Part shown: positions 49,141 to 57,480 of the stretch, one piece after another | How the letters are laid out: the number at the start of each line of letters is the position of its first letter | Numbering within the stretch: position 1 is the first letter of the stretch | Source of the DNA: Myxococcota bacterium | GTDB taxonomy: Bacteria > Myxococcota_A > UBA796 > CAJQPC01 | Direction: 5' to 3' | Assembly (NCBI GenBank): GCA_036012755.1 | Contig: DASCPX010000016.1 | Span: forward strand, 170,599 to 234,598 | Length of the DNA: 64,000 bases | Translations under genes and position numbers: made by a program | Notes under the pieces: generated by a model | Databases searched by the model: none | What the model saw: only the letters and a program-made list of their open reading frames with translations | What the model was told of the DNA's origin: nothing

Positions 49141-50279
49141 TGGGCCCGGCCCCTCGGCGGTACAAGTGGGTGCTGGCCCTCGTCGGGCTCGGACTGGGCG
49201 GTGGCGCCGCGGCTCTGGCGGGCCTCGAGGTCTGGCAAGTCTTGGTCTTCTCCGGACTCACAGCGGCGATCGGCTTCCTCCTCGGCGTCACGTTGGACCT
49301 TCGCGGACAGCTCGTCCGACACCGCGGGGACCTCGCCAGGCTGGACGAGGCGCTCCAGAGCGCCGCCGTGGCCAACGAGCGCCGCACCGCGGAGCTCTCG
49401 CAGACCCGGGACGAGCTCGGCGAGACACTGGCGAGGGTCCAGGCGCTCTCGGAGTCGCAGAGCCGCTTCTTCGCGAACCTGAGCCACGACCTCCGCACGC
49501 CGCTGACGCTGATCATGGGCCCGCTCGAGGACCTCTCCCAGGGCCGGGAGCCCCCCGGCGGTCGAGACCGCGCGCTGCTCCAGATGCGTAGGAACGGCCT
49601 GCGCGTGCAGCAGCTCATCGACCAGATCCTGTTGCTCGCCCGCTTCGACGCCGGCGCGATCAAGATGGTGAAGCGAAGGACGGACCCGGTCCTGCTCGGG
49701 CACACCTCCACCGACGCTGAGGCTCCGCTGGCTCTCGTGGTGGACGACGCCGCCGAGCTGCACAACCCGCTCAACGCGCTGCTCTCTGCGGTGGAGCTGC
49801 TGCCCAGGCGCCTGCCCGATGATCGCCACGAGCGGATCGACGGGCTGCTCGAGGTCATGGAAGAAGCCAGCCGCCGCATCCACACCCTCACAGAAGACCT
49901 CCTCGGACTCTCCGGTGTCCAGAAGGGTGACTACGAGCCCTTCAAGCCGGCCGCACCCCTCGAGGCTGCCTTGCGCCTCTTCGAGAACGCGGTCCGCGCT
50001 GTCGAAGGCGGCGGCACGATCCGCGTGCGCAGCGGAAAGAGCCAGGGTGACTACCTCTTCTGCGTCGAGGACGACGGCCCTGGCGTCGACACAGAGGTCG
50101 AGGAGCGCATCTTCGCGCCCTTCTTCACGACCCGCGCCGCAGGCGAGGGCACCGGGCTCGGCCTGAGCATCGCCCGCCGCGTCGTGCAGGAACACGACGG
50201 TCGCATCGAGGTCGGCCGATCCTCGCTGGGCGGGGCCCGCTTCACAGTCCGTGTGCCACTGAGCGCCCAACCCGGTTAG
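49140..50279 (+). pseudogene. Membrane histidine kinase, apparently internally deleted
   Basis: TM, H-box SHDLRTPL, receiver relic LALVVDD, second His-less H-box AELHNPL, HATPase VEDDGPG..GTGLGLSI. Confidence 0.6.
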
Positions 50280-50288
50280 CCGCCGCAT

Positions 50289-51005
50289 GTGCGGACGGTC
50301 CTGGCCATCTATCGTCGGGAACTGGCGAGCAGCTTCAACTCGCCGCTGGCCTACATCGTCGTGCCCGTCTACCTCGTCCTCGTCGGGCTCTTCGCGCTCT
50401 ACTTGAACGACATCTTCGACACCGGGCTGGCGACCATGCGCGTCGTCTTCTTCTGGTGCGCGATGTTCCTGCTGCTCTTGGTGCCAGCGGTGACGATGCG
50501 CCTCTTCGCAGAGGAGAAGCGGACCGGCAGCCTCGAACTCCTCGTCACGATGCCGGTCACAGAGGGCGAGGTCGTGCTGGGCAAGTACCTCGCCGCGCTC
50601 ACCCTGATCCTCGTCTCCCTGGGCCTGACCATCGGCTACCCGCTGGTGCTGAGCTCGATGGCGGACATGGACTGGGGGCCGGTGATGGGCGGCTACCTCG
50701 GGCTGGTGCTGCTGGCCGCCGCCTACACCGCCATCGGGACGGCTGCCTCCAGCATCACGAACAACCAGATCATCGCCTTCCTCATCGCCGTGTCCTTCTG
50801 CATCATTCCCTACGTCGTGGGCTTCTTCCTCACGGCGGTCCCGGCGACGTTCCTGCCGTTGGTGCAGTACCTGTCCTTCGACTACCACTTCAGCTCGCTG
50901 GCGCGCGGCGTCGTCGACACCCGCAACATCGTCTTCAACCTCAGCGTGGCCGCGCTCTTCCTCCACGTAGCGGTCTGTGCCCTCGAGCAGCGGAGGCTCT
51001 CGTGA
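50289..51005 (+). CDS. ABC-2 type permease, GldF-like
   Basis: RRELASSFNSPLAY, TMRLFAEEKRTGSLELL, VLGKY. Confidence 0.9.
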   Translation: MRTVLAIYRRELASSFNSPLAYIVVPVYLVLVGLFALYLNDIFDTGLATMRVVFFWCAMFLLLLVPAVTMRLFAEEKRTGSLELLVTMPVTEGEVVLGKYLAALTLILVSLGLTIGYPLVLSSMADMDWGPVMGGYLGLVLLAAAYTAIGTAASSITNNQIIAFLIAVSFCIIPYVVGFFLTAVPATFLPLVQYLSFDYHFSSLARGVVDTRNIVFNLSVAALFLHVAVCALEQRRLS

Positions 51006-52555
51006 GGCGCAAGCTCCGAGGCAACTCCCTGTTCCAGATGGGGATGGTGGTGCTCATCGTCGTGCTGGCGAACGTGCTCGCCACCAGGCACTTCTCTCGC
51101 CTGGACCTGACAGAGGACCGCGTCCACAGCCTCTCCCACGCTGCTCGCGTGCTGATGGCGCGCCTGGAGAAGCCGCTGGTCGTGAAGGTCTACTTCACCT
51201 CTGGCCTCGAGGCGCCCTACAACAACCACCAGCAGATCCTCGTCGACAAGCTGGACGAGTTCCGGGCCTGGTCTGGCGGAAGGCTGGAGCTCACGGTCGT
51301 CGATCCCACCCTGGACGAGGACCTCCAGGAGGAGGCCAAGCGCCTCGGCATCTCGCCGATCCCCTACAGCTTCCGGAGCAAGAGCCGCTCGGAGCTGCGG
51401 CAGGTCTACATGGGCGCCGCCTTCATCTACGGCGACCGCCAGAAGACCCTCCGCGCGATCACCCAGGTCGAGACCATCGAGTACGACGTGGCCCGCACCA
51501 TCAAGACGCTGCTCGACGCCGACGACGTGAAGACCATCGGGCTGCTGACCGGCCACGGCGAACCGGACGTGCTCGCTGGCAAGGGGCCCATCAAGCAGCT
51601 CCGCGACAACCTCGCCCAGTCCTACCGGCTCCGGGTCGTCCAGCTCGGCGGCGAGACCGGCGTCCCGGACGACGTCGACGCCCTCTGGGTGATCGGGCCC
51701 CAGTCCACCGTGGGCCTGCGCGAGCAGTACCAGATCGACCAGTTCCTCATGCAGGGCAAGCCGGTCGCCTTCTTCCTGTCCAACTACAAGCCGGACATGC
51801 GCACCCTGCGCGCGACCCGGGTCGACCACGGGCTCGAGGCCCTCGTCGGCCACTTCGGTGTCGAGCTGAACAAGGACGTCGTCGTCGACCGGGTGAACAA
51901 CGGCAAGATGCGCTTCCCGGTCCGGCAGGGCGACTACGTCAAGTACCTGCCGATCAACTACCCCCTGATCCCGCTGGTCCTGGACCTCGCAGAGGACAAC
52001 GTCGTGGTGAAGGACCTCGACGCCATGACCTTCCCCTTCGCCTCGTCACTGGATCTGCCCGAGAGCCCGAACCCGACGGTCGAGGTCGATGTGCTCGCCC
52101 GCTCGGACGAGGACAGCGGCCGCATCAAGGCACCCCAGCTCATCGACCCGCGGGTCTACCAGCGGCGCGATCCGAGCGAGGAGATCGGCGCCTGGCCCCT
52201 CATCGTCACGGTCAGCGGCGAGTACCGCAGCTTCTTCGCGACAGAGGACATCCCCGACTCACCAGCCTCCGGCGAGCTCGTCCCCTTCATCGAGGACAGC
52301 GCACCGACGAGGCTGGTGGTCGCTGGCAGCGCGGACTTCATCGCCAACAACCTCGCCTTCATGTCGAACCTGGCGGACTGGATGGTCCAGGACGAGGATC
52401 TCATCGGCATCCGCAGCAAGACGGTCCAGGTGCCGGCGCTGGAGTCGGTCGAGGACGGCAAGCTGGCGGGCCTGAAGCTCGGCATGCTGCTCGGTCCCAT
52501 CGGCCTGTTGCTGCTCTTCGGCGGGGCTCGTGCCGGCTGGCGGAGTCGCCGCTGA
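51002..52555 (+). CDS. GldG-like ABC transporter auxiliary protein
   Basis: RLDLTEDRVHSLS, IEYDVARTI, GLLTGHGE, NLADWMVQDEDLIGIRSK. Confidence 0.9.
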   Translation: MRRKLRGNSLFQMGMVVLIVVLANVLATRHFSRLDLTEDRVHSLSHAARVLMARLEKPLVVKVYFTSGLEAPYNNHQQILVDKLDEFRAWSGGRLELTVVDPTLDEDLQEEAKRLGISPIPYSFRSKSRSELRQVYMGAAFIYGDRQKTLRAITQVETIEYDVARTIKTLLDADDVKTIGLLTGHGEPDVLAGKGPIKQLRDNLAQSYRLRVVQLGGETGVPDDVDALWVIGPQSTVGLREQYQIDQFLMQGKPVAFFLSNYKPDMRTLRATRVDHGLEALVGHFGVELNKDVVVDRVNNGKMRFPVRQGDYVKYLPINYPLIPLVLDLAEDNVVVKDLDAMTFPFASSLDLPESPNPTVEVDVLARSDEDSGRIKAPQLIDPRVYQRRDPSEEIGAWPLIVTVSGEYRSFFATEDIPDSPASGELVPFIEDSAPTRLVVAGSADFIANNLAFMSNLADWMVQDEDLIGIRSKTVQVPALESVEDGKLAGLKLGMLLGPIGLLLLFGGARAGWRSRR

Positions 52556-53898
52556 TGCTCACGAAGAAGAGCCTGGTCCTGGCCGGAGTCGCCGTCGTGC
52601 TCGCCGGACTGTCGCTGATGGAGCCCAGCGGTCCGGTGGCGGATGTCCTCCCGACCCTCGACGGTGTCGCCCGCGAAGAGGTCACCCGCGTCGAGATCAC
52701 GAAGGGTCAAATCCAGAAGGTCGTCATCGAGGGCACCTGGGACGATGGCTACGAGGTCCTCCAGCCCTTCGAGGGCTCCGCGGACTTCATGTCTCTCCGA
52801 CCGGTGCTCAACGCCTTCGTCGACCCCATCGAGATGGACCTGCGGGTAGACGAGGGCGACCTCGAGTCCTACGGCGTGGACGACCAGACCGGCGTGCTCG
52901 TCGAGCTCTTCACCGTCGGCGACAGACCCGCGATGAGCGTCGTCGTCGGCTACGACGTGCCAGGCGGCTCCAGCTTCGTGCGAATCCCCGGCTCCGACGA
53001 GGTCTACCGGGCCAAGGTCGGTGGTCGCGCCCGCTACGAGCACCAGCCCATCCACTGGAAGGACCGCATGGTCGCCGAGTGGAGCCACGAGGAGATGGTC
53101 TCCATCGCAGTAGACGCCAGCGCCCATGGCAGCTGGGCCTTCCGCCGCGAGGCCACCGGCGATCTCGATCCGGGCGGCCGACCGGAGCTGGGAGACTGGT
53201 ACGCCGTGGGCGGCCCCCCCGACCTGGTGCCCGACGAGGCCGCCATCAGCGCCCTGGTGCGCTCGACGTGCGTCCTGCGCAGCGGGCGCATCCTCTCGGA
53301 CGACTACGACGGCGGCTGGGAACCTCCAGGCGCGGTGGTGACGCTGCTCGACATCGAGGGCCAGCAGCACGTGCTCACCTTCGGCTCCCGGGTCTTCGAC
53401 GGGGCTGCCTACGTGAAGGCATCCGACCGCAGCGAGGTCTTCCAGGTCGGGAGCGCCGATCGCGCCCGCGTCATGAAGGACTGGGACGACTTCCGGGATC
53501 TCACGGTCTTCTCGTTCTCTGCGGGCCTGATCGACACGATCCACCTCGAGGATGGCGGCATGCCGGTGCTCGTCCAGCACACCGACGACGGCATGTGGAC
53601 CATCCTCGAGCCGCCCAACGTGGACGCCGACGTGAAGCAGATCGTCTTCACGGCGAACACGCTGGCGAACCTCCGAGGACAGGCGCTGCTCGATCCCGAC
53701 GAGGTCCCCTTCGGCGAGCTCAGCAACCGCTTCACAATCACCTTCGTCGGCGGCAGCGAGGAGGTGCTCGAGTTCGGCACCCCCTTCATCGACAACGGCC
53801 GCCGCTGGTTCCCGATGCGGGTGAAGGGCCGCGAGACGCTCTGGGTCTACGCCGAGAGCAGCCTGGATCACCTGCGAAAGGGTATCGGCAGGGGCTGA
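52555..53898 (+). CDS. DUF4340-like membrane-anchored protein (three repeats)
   Basis: N-terminal TM; repeated unit (SFVRIPGSDEVY / AYVKASDRSEVF); usual position after gldF/gldG homologues. Confidence 0.75.
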   Translation: MLTKKSLVLAGVAVVLAGLSLMEPSGPVADVLPTLDGVAREEVTRVEITKGQIQKVVIEGTWDDGYEVLQPFEGSADFMSLRPVLNAFVDPIEMDLRVDEGDLESYGVDDQTGVLVELFTVGDRPAMSVVVGYDVPGGSSFVRIPGSDEVYRAKVGGRARYEHQPIHWKDRMVAEWSHEEMVSIAVDASAHGSWAFRREATGDLDPGGRPELGDWYAVGGPPDLVPDEAAISALVRSTCVLRSGRILSDDYDGGWEPPGAVVTLLDIEGQQHVLTFGSRVFDGAAYVKASDRSEVFQVGSADRARVMKDWDDFRDLTVFSFSAGLIDTIHLEDGGMPVLVQHTDDGMWTILEPPNVDADVKQIVFTANTLANLRGQALLDPDEVPFGELSNRFTITFVGGSEEVLEFGTPFIDNGRRWFPMRVKGRETLWVYAESSLDHLRKGIGRG

Positions 53899-53916
53899 GC
53901 TGGCATAGAGGAGGGC

Positions 53917-53991
53917 ATGCACGTCGATGTCCTCATCCTCGGAGCCGGAACCGCCTGCGAATCGCCGGTGTCGAACCTTGCGCGGACGTGA
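53917..53991 (+). pseudogene. N-terminal stub of an FAD-dependent oxidoreductase
   Basis: RBS then MHVDVLILGAG, followed quickly by a stop and AT-rich DNA. Confidence 0.5.
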
Positions 53992-54062
53992 TCGCCCTTG
54001 AATAAGTTGAAGAATACTGCGTCTTGGGGGTTGTCTCAGGCAAACTCCTCTTGGAGGAAGGC

Positions 54063-55718
54063 ATGACCGCGCTACTCCCCATCTCCCTGCTCCTCGTCCT
54101 CGGTGGCACCGCCGAGGCCGGCAAGGCCGGCAAGACCGACAAGAAGGAACAGACCGAGAAACAGCCGAACAACGGGAACTTGAACGCACCCGGTGGCACG
54201 CAGGGCAACCGCCCGAGCGCCAACGTGGGCAACAGCTCCAGCCCGAGCCATCAGCCTGGAAACCACGGAAACGCAGAGGCGACGCGTCCCAGCGGGTACT
54301 CCGCCGCCACTCCCGGAAACTCCGGGCGGTCCAAGCCCTCGACCTCCAGCAGCAGCTCGCACGCCCCCAGCACCTCCTCCTCGGCGCGGCCCTCCACCTC
54401 CAGCAGCTCCAGCAGCAAGCCCAGCACCTCCGAGCCCGCTCGGCCTGGCAGCTCCAGCTCTTCCAGCTCCAGCAGCGTCCGCACCCCCAAGGTCTCCAAG
54501 GGACCCGGCAGCTCGTCTTCCAGCTCCAGCAGCTCCAACAGCGTCTGGGGTGTGACCCCCGCTACGAAGCCCTCGACTGCCAACACGGGCAGCTCGGGCA
54601 GCAACGGCTCTGGCAGCAACGGCTCGGGCAGCGGCGTCAGCGCCGGCCAGACTCGACCTGGCAGCGCCAGCAACGGCTCTGGCAGCAACGGCTCTGGCAG
54701 TGGCGTCAGCGCCGGCCAGACTCGACCTGGCAGCAGCAGCAACGGCTCCGGCAGCAATGGCAGCAACGGCTCTGGCAGCAACGGCAGCAACAGCTCGGGC
54801 AGCAACGGCATCAGCTCCGGCCACACCCGGCCTGGCGGCAGCGGCTCCAGCGGAAGCGGCAGCGCGTCGAGCGGTAGCCACACCCGCCCCGGCAACAGCG
54901 GGTCCAGCACCCGCCCGAGCACGGGCCACACGAGCACCCCGAGCCGCTCGAACAGCCACACGCGCCCCAGCACCGGCCACCACAGCAGCGGCAGCAGCAG
55001 CAGCCACGCACGGCCGGGCAACCGCTACCGCGTGCACCACAGCCGCCCCTACACCCCGATGCACCGCTGGTACTACACCCACAGCCGCCCCGTGTACCAC
55101 GTCAACGTGCACCGGAGCGTGCACTGGTACCACGGCGTGTGGGTCTACGGACCCCGTCCCGTGCACCACCACTACTACGGCGGCGGCAGCTCCGGTGGCG
55201 GGACCGTGGACAAGAGCGAAGTCCCGGACCTGCCCACGCGCAAGGTCGACCGCAACGACACCTTCCGCCTCGGCGTGCAGGGTGGCACCCACTACTCGGC
55301 TTTCAACGAGGGCGCCTACAGCTTCGGCGACGCGGGCCTTGGCCTCAACGTCGGCTACCGCCCGGTGGAGAGTGTCGGCTTCGAGCTGACCCACACCTAC
55401 TTCGACCAGACCTTCGACGAGTTCACCCAGCGCCAGACCTCGACGAGCCAGGCGAGCGTGAACGTCTACGCCGTGCCCTGGAAGCGGGTGAGCCCCTACC
55501 TGAACCTCGGCGCCACGATGAGCCGCCGCAGCTACGACGGCGTCGACATCGAGTCCACCGCCTACGGTCCCCACGCTGGCCTCGGCGTCGAACTGGCCAT
55601 CGGCGAGCGCGCCGCCATCGACCTCCGCGGCCAGTACATCGGCTACGTCAACGTCGGCGACGACCAGCAGGTGCCTGGCGCCTTGCAGGGCACCGGCGGT
55701 GTGAGCTTCTACTTCTGA
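54063..55718 (+). CDS. Outer-membrane beta-barrel (OmpA/W-like) with long Ser/Gly/Asn low-complexity and His/Tyr-rich N-terminal region
   Basis: RBS GGAGGA; signal peptide; SGSNG repeats; VSPYLNLG, YGPHAGLGVE, GGVSFYF end. Confidence 0.8.
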   Translation: MTALLPISLLLVLGGTAEAGKAGKTDKKEQTEKQPNNGNLNAPGGTQGNRPSANVGNSSSPSHQPGNHGNAEATRPSGYSAATPGNSGRSKPSTSSSSSHAPSTSSSARPSTSSSSSSKPSTSEPARPGSSSSSSSSSVRTPKVSKGPGSSSSSSSSSNSVWGVTPATKPSTANTGSSGSNGSGSNGSGSGVSAGQTRPGSASNGSGSNGSGSGVSAGQTRPGSSSNGSGSNGSNGSGSNGSNSSGSNGISSGHTRPGGSGSSGSGSASSGSHTRPGNSGSSTRPSTGHTSTPSRSNSHTRPSTGHHSSGSSSSHARPGNRYRVHHSRPYTPMHRWYYTHSRPVYHVNVHRSVHWYHGVWVYGPRPVHHHYYGGGSSGGGTVDKSEVPDLPTRKVDRNDTFRLGVQGGTHYSAFNEGAYSFGDAGLGLNVGYRPVESVGFELTHTYFDQTFDEFTQRQTSTSQASVNVYAVPWKRVSPYLNLGATMSRRSYDGVDIESTAYGPHAGLGVELAIGERAAIDLRGQYIGYVNVGDDQQVPGALQGTGGVSFYF

Positions 55719-55772
55719 GTACCCTGCGGAGGTGCGAACGTGCCTCCGCAACGGACCCCTCGGTGAGCCCTC

Positions 55773-57251
55773 GTGAAGCGGGGATGGCTGCTCGTCATCC
55801 TCTTCGCCGCGCTTGCGGGGTGGACCTCGCAGGACGCAGGCTCCAGCCCCTTCGGTGACGGCCCCTATCGGCTTGGCATCGCCATGCAGGTGGCGCACGA
55901 GATGCGCGAAGGCTGGCTCGGTCCCGCGCTGAGCCACCTCGCGAGCGTGGTCGCGCCCTACCCGGCTGGCGCCCTGGCGCTGCCGACGCTGCTGTACTCG
56001 GCCCTGGGCCCCTCGCCGCTGGTGCCCATCCTCGCGAGCTGGCTGTGCCTGCTCCTGCTCTACGACGGCATGGCTCGCCTCGTCCGAGTGACGTGGCCGG
56101 ACGCCGCCTGGTGGTGGGCTCCGACGGCCTGGGCGACCCTGGCGGGCAGCGCGCTGGTCCTCCAGGCCACGGAGCGGCACGCCGTCGAGCTCCCCCTCGC
56201 CGCCCTGCTCGTCCAGGGTTGCTCGTGGATCGCTGCCAGCAGCGGACTCACGAGACGCCGGGCCTCGGTCCTCGCCGGGATCTGTTTCGGGCTCGCGCTC
56301 TTGGTGAAGTACTCGGCTCCCGTGTACCTGCTGCCGATCTTCGCGCTGGTGGTGGGCTCGGCCATTCGGCGACGTCTCAGCGGGCACCTCATCGATCTGC
56401 TGGGCCTGACGCTCGTGGTCGGGCTGCCCTTCTACCTGTGGAATCGACCCTGGATCCTGGAGACCTTCAGCCTGCCCGAGGGACTCGGCGGCGCCGAGCG
56501 CTGGTTGTTCCACCCGGCGGTGGTGATCGAGGCTGTGGGGTGGCCTGGCCTGTTGGGGGGTGTGGCGGGGCTGGTGCTGGCGTGGAGGAGTGCGGGCCGC
56601 CAGGGTCGCGACCTGCTGCTGGCTGGTGGGCTCGGTGGGCTCGTCTCGCTCGCCATCATCCCCGTCGAGGTCCAGCCCGTGAGCGCGCTGCCCTGCCTGT
56701 TCCTGCTCGCGGCCCTCGCCGTGCCCCCGCTCTTGCGTCACGTCCACGCCCGCTGGGTCGTGGTGGCCCTGGTCGCGCTGCAGGCCCTCTGCACCCTGTG
56801 GGCATATGGCCAGGTGCGAGCTGGCGAGTCGGGCCCCCCGGAGCTGTCCGCCAGCGAGCGCCTGCTCCAGTTCCACTGGCCCATGGCCGGTCCCAGCAGC
56901 CAGCCACCGGGCCCCCTGCCCGACGTCGAGACCTGGGAGGAGGTCGCCTGGAACACCTCGAGCGAGCTGCCCGAGGGCACCTTGGGCCTGGTCCTCGGAG
57001 ACGTCCAGGAGGAGACCATCGGCCGCTTGCTCTACGAGTCCGGGCGCGTGGAGGCCCGCTGGGACCTCGCGTTGCTGGGCTCCGACCCCATCGAGCTTTG
57101 CCCCTTCCCCTCCCGAGCGGAGCCCGCCGAGGAGCCGAGGTTCCGCCACGTCCTGGCCACCGAGCCCCTGGAGCTGGAGGGCCGCTGGGTCGAGATCGGC
57201 CGCTGGCCGCTGTTCTCTCCGCGAGAGGCCGTGCTGTACGAGGTTCGATAG
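55773..57251 (+). CDS. GT-C/ArnT-like integral membrane glycosyltransferase
   Basis: Many TM segments; PYPAG, VELPLAA, LAGICFGLALLVKYS. Confidence 0.6.
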   Translation: MKRGWLLVILFAALAGWTSQDAGSSPFGDGPYRLGIAMQVAHEMREGWLGPALSHLASVVAPYPAGALALPTLLYSALGPSPLVPILASWLCLLLLYDGMARLVRVTWPDAAWWWAPTAWATLAGSALVLQATERHAVELPLAALLVQGCSWIAASSGLTRRRASVLAGICFGLALLVKYSAPVYLLPIFALVVGSAIRRRLSGHLIDLLGLTLVVGLPFYLWNRPWILETFSLPEGLGGAERWLFHPAVVIEAVGWPGLLGGVAGLVLAWRSAGRQGRDLLLAGGLGGLVSLAIIPVEVQPVSALPCLFLLAALAVPPLLRHVHARWVVVALVALQALCTLWAYGQVRAGESGPPELSASERLLQFHWPMAGPSSQPPGPLPDVETWEEVAWNTSSELPEGTLGLVLGDVQEETIGRLLYESGRVEARWDLALLGSDPIELCPFPSRAEPAEEPRFRHVLATEPLELEGRWVEIGRWPLFSPREAVLYEVR

Positions 57252-57480
57252 CCCCTCCCCGCTGGATGCCGTCCCCTTCGCAACTCTCAGGGTGGTGGCA
57301 CCGCTGGACTCGTGTACTCCCCGGCGCCAATGAGGCCGAGACGCCATTGGAAGGTGTTTCCGACGTGGCACCTGAGGCAGAGCGTCAGTCCAGCGGCCAT
57401 GGGTACTCCTTGTACCAGTCACCGTCGGGCCCGCCGTGGGGGTCATGGGGGCAATATGTGGTGGAGGTGAGGAGGAAGCG

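Noticed and set aside
54072..57446. Long antisense and alternate-frame ORFs (e.g. 1124 aa here, 731 aa at 12497, 810 aa at 60412)
   Set aside because: Shadow ORFs typical of high-GC DNA, overlapping well-supported genes and lacking motifs
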